From: an uncultured Roseovarius sp.
GTDB lineage: Bacteria > Pseudomonadota > Alphaproteobacteria > Rhodobacterales > Rhodobacteraceae
NCBI GenBank assembly: GCA_937884705.1
Contig: CAKZYL010000458.1
Coordinates: 1 to 55,299 of the forward strand
Length of the DNA stretch: 55,299 bases
Direction of reading: 5' to 3'
Below the pieces are notes generated by a model that did not search any database, was not told the DNA's origin, and worked only from the letters and a program-made list of their open reading frames with translations. Every line of letters begins with the position of its first letter. Position 1 is the first letter of the stretch. Below are positions 1 to 8,817 of the stretch, in pieces. Both the position numbers and the translations under genes were made by a program.

Positions 1-49
1 CGGCCTTCGAAGCCGAGGGTTGGGAGTTCGAACCTCTCCGAGGGTGCCA
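1..49 (+). tRNA. tRNA-Arg(TCG), 3' portion; the 5' portion presumably lies upstream of the window
   Basis: Anticodon loop CTTCGAA, TTCGAAC T loop, encoded CCA. The right-end copy has no tRNA 5' half before it, so the intact gene is probably this one. Confidence 0.8.
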
Positions 50-55
50 AATTTC
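1..55 (+). repeat. att core (left junction), 3' part of tRNA-Arg(TCG)
   Basis: Identical to 55245-55299. Contains anticodon arm CGGC-CTTCGAA-GCCG, T arm GGGAG-TTCGAAC-CTCTC and acceptor 3' strand ending CCA at 47-49. Confidence 0.95.
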
Positions 56-121
56 TTAACAATTTCAAAGAGCTACATAGCAACCATACTCAGGCAAAAG
101 AGTTGGTTGTCACAACGGTTG

Positions 122-1189
122 TCAGGTTTTTGCTCGCCGTCGATAATCTTCAAGCTTTGCGATCGCACTGCTTGCCATGCGATTTGTACGTGCCAAGTAA
201 GTGTCAATGATGCGCGCAACACGGTCGACAGAGTGACCGCTAATCGTTGCGATCTCCGGGATCTCACAGCCAGCTTCAGCCATGCGCGTGATGCCAGTTC
301 CGCGAAGGTCGTTGAATGTTAAATCGGTGATCCCTGCAGCCACAGAAATCTTGTTCCACTCTGTGCGGAATCCGTCGCCTGGGTACTTCCAAGGTTTACC
401 TCTTTTGCCAGTGAGAATGGTCGTTGCTCGCTTCGGTGTTTCGTGCAAAGCAGCGCATAGTAAAGCTGTACAAGGAACCATAATTGGCTTTGCAGTTTTG
501 TTCTGCCTGAGAGTGATGCAGGAGCCGTCAAATTGCGTCCAGGAGAGGCGAATGAGATCACCCTGACGTTGCACTGTGTCGAGGGCTAGGCGCAGCGCTA
601 GGGCCATCTCTGGCGTGGCATGGGCAAGGAATGCTTCTATGTGCTCGTCTTCCCAAATCTTGTCAGCACGATCACCGGTGTACAACTGGCCAAGATTGCG
701 TGCGTGGTTGATGCCGATCTCGCCATTGTCGTAAGCCACAGACAGAACACGCCGAAGGAATGCAACGCGGTAGTCTGCCTGTCGTGGTCCGATTTCTTTA
801 GCAATCTTATCGCGCCATTGCCGTAGGTCTTTTCGTATCCGCTTGTCTTCGAAAACTTCAATCGGCGCATTGCCAAACTTGTCTAAGACTTTGTCCGCGT
901 TTCTGCGGTGATCAATCTGCGTGCGCGGACTTAGTTCGCTGAAAACTGAGGATTGAAAATACTGCTCAACAAGCGCGTGAATAGTGCCGGTGGGCACGCG
1001 GTTAACGTCGAACTCGCTTGCTGCTGCGTAACTTGCAGCAAACGTCGGCGTACCTGGCTCACCTTCAATCTTTTTGCCGGTCTTCCTGTGGTAGCGATGG
1101 AAGTTAATCGTGCCGTCTGCAAGTCTCTTTTTGACGACCTTGATATGTTTGAATCGTTGCAGCATTTTTGTCAGCTGGCGCGCTTCCAC
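122..1189 (-). CDS. int: Tyrosine recombinase (phage integrase)
   Basis: Catalytic pattern TVQRQGD (R), QNKT (K), FNDLR, SGH, DTYL (Y); adjacent to att. Confidence 0.93.
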   Translation of the reverse strand: MEARQLTKMLQRFKHIKVVKKRLADGTINFHRYHRKTGKKIEGEPGTPTFAASYAAASEFDVNRVPTGTIHALVEQYFQSSVFSELSPRTQIDHRRNADKVLDKFGNAPIEVFEDKRIRKDLRQWRDKIAKEIGPRQADYRVAFLRRVLSVAYDNGEIGINHARNLGQLYTGDRADKIWEDEHIEAFLAHATPEMALALRLALDTVQRQGDLIRLSWTQFDGSCITLRQNKTAKPIMVPCTALLCAALHETPKRATTILTGKRGKPWKYPGDGFRTEWNKISVAAGITDLTFNDLRGTGITRMAEAGCEIPEIATISGHSVDRVARIIDTYLARTNRMASSAIAKLEDYRRRAKT

Positions 1190-1392
1190 GCATCGTAAGC
1201 GCTGCCGTCCTCATCTGAGTTGTCTATGCCGCTCAGCTTATTTAAAGCACGGTCGATCGCCAACTTATCGTAGCGTTTTGTCCCCGCTATTGGTCCAGGC
1301 ATGCGGCCATCCTTGACCCATGCCGTGAATCCAGATGGGGTGAGGCGGCAGTACTCTGCCGCTTCGTGGACTGTCATTAAGCGAGGTTCCAT
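1171..1392 (-). CDS. Excisionase / helix-turn-helix DNA-binding protein
   Basis: LMTVHEAAEYCRLT...WVKDGRMP pattern typical of Xis-like proteins; overlaps the int start. Confidence 0.8.
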   Translation of the reverse strand: MEPRLMTVHEAAEYCRLTPSGFTAWVKDGRMPGPIAGTKRYDKLAIDRALNKLSGIDNSDEDGSAYDAWKRAS

Positions 1393-1418
1393 CTACTCAG
1401 CCTCTTGTTAGGCGGCGG

Positions 1419-1730
1419 TTATTGGCCCAGGGCCGTATCGCAAATCTTCTCAATCTCACGGAGCTTTTCAGACGGTGTGTCGGCGTTGCCTATCTCGCGC
1501 CACCCGCGGATCTGTCTCAATGCTCTCTTGTACTTGATGTAATCCCGATAAATCTGATCGCCGTTCTCTGTCATTTTCCGATCTCTTTCATCACTGTCGA
1601 ACAGATAAGCGTGGTCGTCACACGCCAGCAGTCCAACTCCATCACTGTACTTGGCAGGATTTCTGCAGAAATCGCATTTAGGTGACTCCAACAACTTGCC
1701 GAGCAGCCATCTTGGGATCCTCCAGAGCAC
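1419..1730 (-). CDS. Hypothetical phage protein with Cys/His cluster (start uncertain)
   Basis: CDFC...CDDH; GTG at 1730 overlaps the upstream stop. Confidence 0.45.
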   Translation of the reverse strand: MLWRIPRWLLGKLLESPKCDFCRNPAKYSDGVGLLACDDHAYLFDSDERDRKMTENGDQIYRDYIKYKRALRQIRGWREIGNADTPSEKLREIEKICDTALGQ

Positions 1731-1936
1731 TACGGAACTCCAGGCCCACTCAGAATAATTGAGAAGTCTTTCTGGCCCTTGGGCCGCATAGTGTTCACGC
1801 TCTTGCACTCGTGGCACCAGTAGCCGTATCGAGGCGGCATCAGCATCGAAACCTTGCCGCACGGTAATTCGTGGCCGCAGCTGGTGCATTCCCAAGGATC
1901 ATCAAAGCTTTTCGGTCTCTTATATTCGCTCATCAC
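1730..1936 (-). CDS. Small zinc-ribbon protein
   Basis: CTSC...CHEC; abuts neighbours in the operon. Confidence 0.55.
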   Translation of the reverse strand: MMSEYKRPKSFDDPWECTSCGHELPCGKVSMLMPPRYGYWCHECKSVNTMRPKGQKDFSIILSGPGVP

Positions 1937-2155
1937 TCACTCTTTCTCTTCGCGCTGCTTCAGCATGGCGTCTGCGTACTCGTAGGCAACGATCGACGCG
2001 TTTTCAGGATTCCACTCTTCATCAGCGTCAGAGGATAAGAATGCAGCCAATGCTTGGCCTGCAAACCAATCACGCAAATCCATGCCCGGAGTTCCCCACT
2101 GCTCAGCAGTTTCTAACGTTGGGAACGCGTAAGGATTTTCTGGCTTATCTGTCAT
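1937..2155 (-). CDS. Conserved small phage protein (GMxLRDxFA family)
   Basis: AFP...GMDLRDWFAGQAL...AYEYADAML, a motif common in phage early genes; ATG at 2155. Confidence 0.75.
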   Translation of the reverse strand: MTDKPENPYAFPTLETAEQWGTPGMDLRDWFAGQALAAFLSSDADEEWNPENASIVAYEYADAMLKQREEKE

Positions 2156-2961
2156 CACTCTTTCTCTTCTGGTGGAGGGGGAATCCAGAACCAGCCGCCT
2201 TGCTGTTCTATTTGGTCGTAGGTTTGGGCAGCGCACGGATCAGAAAGGCCGTATGGGTTGACTTCAATAAGCATGGGCTGATCAGTCGACCTGCCAACAT
2301 GTACGTCAAACACAAGCTCGTTCAACTCTGTCTCTGGGACGATCACTGATTGAAAAAATGCATCAATCTTCTTCCACGTTTCCGCACGCCACTCTTTGTC
2401 CAGAAATGAACTGAGCGGCCTGTCATAGAAGTACTGCGTTGCTGCCTGAAGTTGTCCTCCAGTCACGAAACAACGAACTTCTAACTCTGGCATGAAGTGC
2501 TGAACCTTCCTCAGCGCAATAAAACAAGGACGGTCCGCATTCTTGAAAACGGTTAAATCGTCCATGGTGCGATCGCTGGAGATCAGCCAGGTTAATGCCT
2601 GTCGGCCTGCGCAGGTGATCGGTTTATCGATCACGTCCTTAGGTGACCGAGAGTTGAGACGAATGAAGCGAGATTGCCAATCACAAAGAGCGTCGACTTC
2701 GCGAGCCAATGGATCAAGCTTATCAATCCGATGGCCGTCGTGTGCGCCCCACATGACATCAACCAGTGAGAGATCAAGAGGAACAAGATCTGTTTCCATG
2801 CTGGCGGTGCGCCAAGCATCTGGCCACTTGTCAATGTACGACCACGAAACTCGCTCGTATGATCTCAAGCAGTTAGCACTGATTGCTTTGGTGTCTGGTG
2901 GTTGAATCTCCGGAATGATAAACATCTCTTCTCCACCTAGCTTTAGCGGGACTGCGACCAT
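2155..2961 (-). CDS. Cdc123/D123-like (R2K clade) ATP-grasp protein; start may be 2925
   Basis: FIRLNSRSPKD, EVRCFV...ATQY and FDVHV...LIEVNPYG parallel the Cdc123 motifs. Confidence 0.7.
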   Translation of the reverse strand: MVAVPLKLGGEEMFIIPEIQPPDTKAISANCLRSYERVSWSYIDKWPDAWRTASMETDLVPLDLSLVDVMWGAHDGHRIDKLDPLAREVDALCDWQSRFIRLNSRSPKDVIDKPITCAGRQALTWLISSDRTMDDLTVFKNADRPCFIALRKVQHFMPELEVRCFVTGGQLQAATQYFYDRPLSSFLDKEWRAETWKKIDAFFQSVIVPETELNELVFDVHVGRSTDQPMLIEVNPYGLSDPCAAQTYDQIEQQGGWFWIPPPPEEKE

Positions 2962-3299
2962 ACCGGGTCTCCATTAAAACGACGCCAGCCTCTAAAGCCT
3001 GACTTCTTCTGATGTTTCTTTGGAACTATGTTCTTCGTGTACTTGCGTTTGGTGGTTGCTGCCTGCTTGCGGTCCTGGGGCGTCTTGGCGCCGTGGCATA
3101 TGAAGCATAAGAGCTGAAGGTTATCGTCATCGTTCGTGCCTTGGCATTCTAATGACGTTATGTGATCAATGTGCCAGACCTCACCGGGCCTAATTCGCCT
3201 TTTGCAATTGTTGCAAACGCCATCGTGAGCGGCGAAGAAACGAGCTCTTTGTTGAGGCGTCCAAGATCGCCTCTTTTCCTTGTCGAATGGGCTTGTCAT
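2943..3299 (-). CDS. HNH endonuclease with zinc finger
   Basis: CNNC...IDHI...GTNDDDNLQLLCFICHGAKT; ATG at 3299 overlaps the upstream stop. Confidence 0.85.
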   Translation of the reverse strand: MTSPFDKEKRRSWTPQQRARFFAAHDGVCNNCKRRIRPGEVWHIDHITSLECQGTNDDDNLQLLCFICHGAKTPQDRKQAATTKRKYTKNIVPKKHQKKSGFRGWRRFNGDPVWSQSR

Positions 3300-3793
3300 T
3301 TGTGTCTCGCAAAATCGCCATGAAACTGTTTTGCGGCGTGCTGGCGTGCCTTTGTGGCATCTTCGATAGAATCGAATAGACCAAGGTGCTGCATACGACC
3401 GTCTACTGTTATGAATGCACGCCATTTTCTCATCTGTTTGTGCCATGACACGCCCTTAACGCCCGACGTATTGTCGGATCGAATAGCTACGTTCATAAGG
3501 TTCTGAGAATGAGTTGCTGGGCGTAGATTTGACCATCTGTTGTCGGACGGGTCTGAGTTGATGTGATCAATCGAATGGTCAGGCCATATTCCAGTCATGT
3601 AAAACCAAGCTAGCCGATGAGCGTAATAGGCCTGCCTGAGTATATTAATTCGCACATATCCATTATTATTAGCGCAACCTGCAACAGCGCCATGTGAAAC
3701 ACCGGCACGGGCAGATCTCCATGTGAATTGCCCGGTTGTTGGATCGTATCGAACCTGTTGCTTCAGTCTTTCCAATGTCAACATTTTCGCCAT
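3296..3793 (-). CDS. HNH homing endonuclease with AP2-like C-terminus
   Basis: AHRLAWFY...IDHINSDPSDNRWSNLR...NTSGVKGVSW...HLGLF. Confidence 0.9.
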   Translation of the reverse strand: MAKMLTLERLKQQVRYDPTTGQFTWRSARAGVSHGAVAGCANNNGYVRINILRQAYYAHRLAWFYMTGIWPDHSIDHINSDPSDNRWSNLRPATHSQNLMNVAIRSDNTSGVKGVSWHKQMRKWRAFITVDGRMQHLGLFDSIEDATKARQHAAKQFHGDFARHK

Positions 3794-3801
3794 AACGACC
3801 T

Positions 3802-4038
3802 TTAAACAAAACTAGCTTCGTAACTATCACCACATCTGGTGCATCTCATTATCGCGCGCCCTGTAGGATAACCCGGAACACGCCTGTAATTGTGAAGACC
3901 AAAAAAACAGAAGATATTTCTCCAGGACTTTTTAGCTGTCTCAGGCGGTTCCTCCACATAATACTCTGCACATTGAGGACAGCAGGCCCATAGAGCATCA
4001 TCCCATTCTCTGTTGTGACGCTTGCAAACCTGTTTCAC
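3802..4038 (-). CDS. Small Cys-rich hypothetical protein
   Basis: CKRH, CPQC, C-x4-H, CTRC. Confidence 0.55.
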   Translation of the reverse strand: MKQVCKRHNREWDDALWACCPQCAEYYVEEPPETAKKSWRNIFCFFGLHNYRRVPGYPTGRAIMRCTRCGDSYEASFV

Positions 4039-4246
4039 GGGTGCCTCTCTGGGATTGAAAATAATACGATTTCACTATCATCTTGTCGTCTGGATTGACC
4101 TGGAGAAGAAAACAGACGTCCTCCCATCCAAGTCCTTTCTGACGCATAACCTTGATCATGTGACGCATATACTTAGATAACTTCACGCAGCACTCTCGCT
4201 TTCCTTCAAAAGCTGATCGCAGCTCTCGATTCCCAACACCTTGCAA
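3998..4246 (-). CDS. Hypothetical protein (true start probably near 4186)
   Basis: Fills the gap in a tightly packed operon. Confidence 0.4.
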   Translation of the reverse strand: MQGVGNRELRSAFEGKRECCVKLSKYMRHMIKVMRQKGLGWEDVCFLLQVNPDDKMIVKSYYFQSQRGTRETGLQASQQRMG

Positions 4247-4611
4247 ACCAGGTGCTCCACGCTCTCAAAAACACCAACAAGCTCTTTATGCTTGCTCTTG
4301 TTCTTGGCGATCGACTTAGGTGTCAGGATATAGATCCGTCCGTTGTAAACAGCGGGGAAACTCTGCTTGCCTGCTGCCCGGATGACAGCTGTTGCAATTG
4401 CGCTGACAGCTTCAGGTTCAAGTCCCTTATGAGGAATCTCGGTCTGCGTTCTGTATCCTGCCTTAGTTAGTAACCAGGCGCGCAAATGTTCCGGATCATC
4501 AGGCGTGAATTCCGCATGCACTGGCCAATGAATGAATGCCTCTCTGACAACACCAAAGAACCGTCTTCGCATTGGATCACTGTGATTGCCGGCGCAGTGG
4601 GGGCAACTCAT
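4183..4611 (-). CDS. DUF1367-like phage protein
   Basis: RRFFGVV...EHLRAWLLTKAGY...PKSI pattern; ATG at 4611. Confidence 0.6.
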   Translation of the reverse strand: MSCPHCAGNHSDPMRRRFFGVVREAFIHWPVHAEFTPDDPEHLRAWLLTKAGYRTQTEIPHKGLEPEAVSAIATAVIRAAGKQSFPAVYNGRIYILTPKSIAKNKSKHKELVGVFESVEHLVCKVLGIESCDQLLKESESAA

Positions 4612-4928
4612 GCCGTCTCTCCGCGAGCTGCAGACAATGCGTCCTGAACTAGCTTCCATGCCGTGTCTGGCATGTTCTTGCCGTCGTCGTTTTCAAGGTT
4701 GGCAAGTGCTTCATACATGAGTGGCGCCGCTGCGATCAGGCGTGCATCTTGCTCCGACGTCTCGGCAACTTGGAAATACTCGCCTGCGGTGTCCGGATCG
4801 CCGCAACATGAGCCATCCATTGGGTGAATTCGTCCGCAGCAAACCAGTTCTCGCGTATCAACTACGACCGCGCCGCCTTCCGCGTACCACGGCCCAGGCG
4901 TGGTGTTGGGGCATTGATGTGATGACAT
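4608..4928 (-). CDS. Conserved phage protein (TPGPW...ARLIAAAP family)
   Basis: TPGPW and DARLIAAAPLMYEAL motifs; ATG at 4928. Confidence 0.75.
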   Translation of the reverse strand: MSSHQCPNTTPGPWYAEGGAVVVDTRELVCCGRIHPMDGSCCGDPDTAGEYFQVAETSEQDARLIAAAPLMYEALANLENDDGKNMPDTAWKLVQDALSAARGETA

Positions 4929-4929
4929 A

Positions 4930-5622
4930 TCAAGCAGCCTCTCCACCAGTGAGTTGTTCAAGGCGAGAGCTATAGCGAGACCGCAGCATCTCCTGCTCAC
5001 GCTCGTTCAATGTCTGGTAACGCTGAACGTTCTTAGCGTTACTTTTCCACTTGGTGAGATCGGCAGCGGTCTTTGCGGTTTCAATCTCATCCCGCATTTC
5101 AATGCATGTGTCGCTGGGGATAAAATCGTCATCTAGGCGCGCTGGAATTGCAGACTTTCCGTCGTCGTCTGTCGGATCATCTGAGGTTGCGATGCCCAGG
5201 CCTGCTAGGAGTGTGTATCGCTTGCCGTATGTGAGGGCAGAACCAGCGGCCTGAGCATCGAGCTTTGGAACCGGGATCTCAATGTGAGAGCGGCGGAACT
5301 GGGTCGTTCTGGTGTGTATGAAGTCTGTGTAGATGTCATACAGCCTAGTCTTTGTCCCGCCGCCCTCGTCGGCATTCCAGCTTCGCGTCTGGCCATGCAT
5401 GAAGATGATGTCTTGCTCTAATAGAATGGGCCTGATAATGCGCACACACTGTTCGTAGCTTGCGTACTTGCTGCGCTGACCATCGGCGTCATTTTCAATG
5501 ACAGCCGGCAGCTTCTCAATGGCCTTCTGGAGGGCAGCATAGAAGGCTAGCAGGTTCTCCGGAACAACGCCGCCACGAGACGCAAGAACCTCGCCTGTGT
5601 TTTGATCAATGACGTCCTGCAT
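4930..5622 (-). CDS. erf: ERF-family single-strand annealing protein
   Basis: DAQAAGSALTYGKRYTLLAGLGIA...DDDG signature. Confidence 0.88.
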   Translation of the reverse strand: MQDVIDQNTGEVLASRGGVVPENLLAFYAALQKAIEKLPAVIENDADGQRSKYASYEQCVRIIRPILLEQDIIFMHGQTRSWNADEGGGTKTRLYDIYTDFIHTRTTQFRRSHIEIPVPKLDAQAAGSALTYGKRYTLLAGLGIATSDDPTDDDGKSAIPARLDDDFIPSDTCIEMRDEIETAKTAADLTKWKSNAKNVQRYQTLNEREQEMLRSRYSSRLEQLTGGEAA

Positions 5623-5624
5623 CG

Positions 5625-6044
5625 CTACTCTCCCTCTGGCATTGTCTGCCGATAAGTATCTTCAAAGGATACGTCCAGATCCGCTGGAGAAGGTGGAGGT
5701 TTACGACTAATTTGAACATCGTATCGATGCTTCAGAGCCTCTTCGACGCGCTGTATCAAAACATCTTCGACAGTGCTCAGATCGCGAGCGGCTTCATCAA
5801 TTTTCTCCACTAGGCGTTCCATGTTTCGCTTGTACTTTATTTCGTCGTCATACTTTTGTTTCAGAAGGCTCTCATGGTGAGTGTCATACCGATCCACATC
5901 ACGAATGAGCTGATCAAACTTCTTGAAGTTCACGACGTTGCTTGTCTGCGTTTGCTCTCTGTAACTTGGAAGGTCAGCATTAGGATCGACATTGCCAAGA
6001 TTGTTAATGAATGTGTTGGCTGTTTCTCGTGCTTTTCCAAACAT
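5625..6044 (-). CDS. Hypothetical coiled-coil protein
   Basis: In operon, preceded by AAGGGG. Confidence 0.6.
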   Translation of the reverse strand: MFGKARETANTFINNLGNVDPNADLPSYREQTQTSNVVNFKKFDQLIRDVDRYDTHHESLLKQKYDDEIKYKRNMERLVEKIDEAARDLSTVEDVLIQRVEEALKHRYDVQISRKPPPSPADLDVSFEDTYRQTMPEGE

Positions 6045-6055
6045 GACTTAACCCC

Positions 6056-6376
6056 TTAAGACTGCGTAGACGATGATTGCAAATCCAATGCAGCAGAGTG
6101 CAATCGCGAATACTTTCGCTTGGCCCAACGTTCTGCGAGTGCTTCTGTCCATTCTTTAACGCCTTCCACAATTCCTATGGCGCACAGCATCAAAATGCCG
6201 GTCAACATCACGCCCATACCCAAATAGACAAGGCCTCCAAAAATATCGGCCAAAGCTTCAATAATGACCATCATTGCCTCCATAGAAAACAACAGTCCGC
6301 CAACTGCTGCTGAAACAATTATCGCGATCGGTATCGCCGCGTATAATCCTGCATATTCTCTGTGCCTGAGTTCCAT
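6056..6376 (-). CDS. Hypothetical membrane protein
   Basis: Two long hydrophobic segments; GGAG upstream. Confidence 0.6.
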   Translation of the reverse strand: MELRHREYAGLYAAIPIAIIVSAAVGGLLFSMEAMMVIIEALADIFGGLVYLGMGVMLTGILMLCAIGIVEGVKEWTEALAERWAKRKYSRLHSAALDLQSSSTQS

Positions 6377-6470
6377 CTATGAGATCTCCACATGAGGAAC
6401 GCATAAACAAAACCGAACACCAGACCCGCCAGAAACCACGCACCGACAAACGCCAACCAAGAGCAGAACA

Positions 6471-6809
6471 TCACAAGACTGCCTCGTGGTAGGCTATAGT
6501 TTCGCTCCGAACTTCTCGGGCGATCTCAATTTGATGATCAAGGCCGGCATCGTGATGCTCAAACTTTTCGAGCATGCGAGCGTCGGTCCAATAGAGAAGC
6601 GCGGCGTGCTCGATCCTCTGGTCCAGCTCGGTTGGATTGAGTTTCCCGTACTGAAACTTTGCGCCGAGGATGGTGTAGTGAGTGACCGTGTAAAACGGTA
6701 CTCCGTTGTGATCGATCTCTAGGGTTGCGTAGACTCTGTTTTCGCCTAACTGGATCTGATCGTCTTCTTCGATCTGGGGAACATTGAACCAATCATCAAT
6801 TCTGCTCAT
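6471..6809 (-). CDS. Hypothetical protein, first gene of the leftward early operon
   Basis: ATG preceded by AAGG; follows the structured leader. Confidence 0.6.
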   Translation of the reverse strand: MSRIDDWFNVPQIEEDDQIQLGENRVYATLEIDHNGVPFYTVTHYTILGAKFQYGKLNPTELDQRIEHAALLYWTDARMLEKFEHHDAGLDHQIEIAREVRSETIAYHEAVL

Positions 6810-6832
6810 CGCCTTGCCCTTTCATCTGGTCT

Positions 6833-7004
6833 GACCGGGCGGGCTTTATGTTGGGATTAAAGGACCCGCCCGGTCGATTTGAGAGCGAACCACTCTCCCC
6901 CCGCTATGGAAGGGCACGCGCTCAAACTGGGTGCAGGACGGGAGGGTAGTGGTGATGTGGAGCTAGCCCGTATCGGAGAGTTTTGGGCTGATCTCCCGTC
7001 CTGC
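6833..7004 (-). ncRNA. Structured leader with three consecutive stem-loops
   Basis: Inverted repeats 6833-6843/6865-6875 (11 bp), 6878-6887/6917-6926 (one mismatch) and 6933-6944/6993-7004 (12 bp). Confidence 0.5.
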
Positions 7005-7013
7005 GATAAGAGA

Positions 7014-7066
7014 ACTATTCTGGAAAATTCGGAATACGTCAACCATGAATTCCGAAAAACTCAGAA
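7014..7066 (-). promoter_or_regulatory. Leftward early promoter with two 17-bp operators
   Basis: TTCTGGAAAATTCGGAA (7018-7034) and TTCCGAAAAACTCAGAA (7050-7066) flank a minus-strand TTGACG (7042-7037) and resemble the palindrome at 10411. Confidence 0.65.
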
Positions 7067-7122
7067 AAAGTTGTTGGCAGTCATCAGACTGTGGACAACA
7101 GTGCTATAGCTGGACCTGAAAT

Positions 7123-7959
7123 TTGAGGATGTTGCCGGTGGCGCTGGTGTTGATTGATCGATATGGACAAACTCATTCGGGTTCGAGTGAGCTACCTGGC
7201 AACGCGGAGCAAGACGGTTTTATTCGCCTGAGCCTTCCGCCGGCGCCAACCTTCCTCTCGTTCGATCCATCGCAAACTTCGTTCCGCGCGTTTGCAACGA
7301 CGGGTGCAATACTGAAGGCGGCCAATCCAGATAGGATTGCGGTTCGCATCTCGGGCGATCAGGCGGAGTACCGAATTGCTGGAAGCGCATCAGAGGCCAG
7401 CAGCATCCTGTATCAAGCTCTGAGAAGAGCTAAGCGTGTCGGCGCTTTTCAGGCCGATCGCCGGAGCGTGGAAGAGCAGGACTTGGAGCCGTCATATAGG
7501 CTGTTGCTGGGGCTTTGGCGCGATACTGGCGGGCGCATAGATGCTGAGACTCGATCGCAGCAGCTACACGAGATCATGTCTGGCAAATTTCTGTCGGTTC
7601 AGGAGCGGACGCCCGGTGACCTTCTCGAGTTCACTTCGATCGGCAAAGCATCGAATGTCTACAAAGACAAGTCTTGGCTGCTTCAATCTTCGGGCATGCT
7701 TGTCGAAAACCAGCCGGACATGAAGTATGGGCTATGGGTCCAGGAAGGCTACCGAGCTGCAATGCAGCAGCAAGAGCCACAGGTGGACGACGTTGATGCG
7801 CTTGTCTACGACCCATTCCAACAAAAGTATCGGCGCCACAAATACAGGCGGATGCTTCTCCCTATTCGTGGTCCTCACGACCAGCCAATGCTGCTAAGCG
7901 CTCCGATCCCGCGCTCTTTCGTCGAAGTCGACATTGAAGTTGCGAACAAAAGCAGCTGA
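7123..7959 (+). CDS. Hypothetical protein with PAS-like C-terminal domain
   Basis: LLGLWR...FTSIG...GYRAA...P...YRRMLLPI resembles alphaproteobacterial PAS_5-type domains; start uncertain. Confidence 0.5.
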   Translation: MRMLPVALVLIDRYGQTHSGSSELPGNAEQDGFIRLSLPPAPTFLSFDPSQTSFRAFATTGAILKAANPDRIAVRISGDQAEYRIAGSASEASSILYQALRRAKRVGAFQADRRSVEEQDLEPSYRLLLGLWRDTGGRIDAETRSQQLHEIMSGKFLSVQERTPGDLLEFTSIGKASNVYKDKSWLLQSSGMLVENQPDMKYGLWVQEGYRAAMQQQEPQVDDVDALVYDPFQQKYRRHKYRRMLLPIRGPHDQPMLLSAPIPRSFVEVDIEVANKSS

Positions 7960-8670
7960 GTCTGTAATGATTTCCTCCCTCTGCATTCGGCACAACACAT
8001 AGAGCGTGGTCGCATTCGGGTAGCTTGGCGAGTTCGTGTGGATCACGTGACGCGTTACCTCTGAATAGCCGAGACGCTTGTCGAAATCACGAACATTGTT
8101 GGCATCAGCAATGACCCCGCAGACGCTATCCACATTCCAGCGAGACAACGATAGGACGCGGCCTATTCGCGGAACGATGCGTGCCAGCTGACGCCCTCGC
8201 ATGCTCGGGTGGTACCAAACGGCTCCCAAAAACACGACACTCCCGGTGATATCCTCGGCATTGGGCGCCGTCACGACGCATGTCTCACCGGATGCTGCTT
8301 GTATGCTTGGATCGCTGTAGAAGCAGCGCAGGCTCTCTGCCTCGCGCTTGAGGTTGCTCTGGCTCCAGTCCATCAGTTTGCCAGCCTGGGTGCAGACAAC
8401 CTGGCCAGCGCGATCCCTGCCGACGACAACAAATCCAGGGCGCTCCAGCACACCGCCAGTGTCAATTCGGAAGCTTGTGTGTAAGGGGCGCCAGTTGACC
8501 ATGTTTGCGGCATTGATCGCCTGGAGTTCCTGGAAATCAGATAGTTCCAGGAATACGCCGCGCGCGGCTGCAGCCTCAGCGGCCTTGAGGAAATAAGATC
8601 GGCTTTGAGGTGTGGGAGTATGGTCAGACGCGACTTGATCAAGAAAGCGGTTCGCCGGGTTGGTCAACAT
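7894..8670 (-). CDS. GNAT/acyltransferase-fold protein (LuxI/FeeM-like architecture)
   Basis: VFLGAVWYHPSMRGRQLAR matches the acyl-CoA binding motif; late LGY motif; ATG at 8670 preceded by GAGG. Confidence 0.5.
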   Translation of the reverse strand: MLTNPANRFLDQVASDHTPTPQSRSYFLKAAEAAAARGVFLELSDFQELQAINAANMVNWRPLHTSFRIDTGGVLERPGFVVVGRDRAGQVVCTQAGKLMDWSQSNLKREAESLRCFYSDPSIQAASGETCVVTAPNAEDITGSVVFLGAVWYHPSMRGRQLARIVPRIGRVLSLSRWNVDSVCGVIADANNVRDFDKRLGYSEVTRHVIHTNSPSYPNATTLYVLCRMQREEIITDSAAFVRNFNVDFDERARDRSA

Positions 8671-8817
8671 AATTGCGATCCTCACGACAAGGTGGAGGTT
8701 TATTGAAAACTTCCACCTAGCCGTGAAAATCACGCGCGTCAGTTGCGTATGCGAGTTATGCTCATTACTCTAGTTGATAACCTGTGTATTTTAATACTTA
8801 AGTTGATTGAGGGTGCC

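Noticed and set aside
20-322. 100-aa ORF starting in the att site
   Set aside because: It overlaps the tRNA and runs antisense to the integrase.
6405-6470. GT-rich minus-strand tract resembling a second GGY array
   Set aside because: No 5-nt periodicity; it reads as a small hydrophobic ORF (MFCSWLAFVGAWFLAG...).
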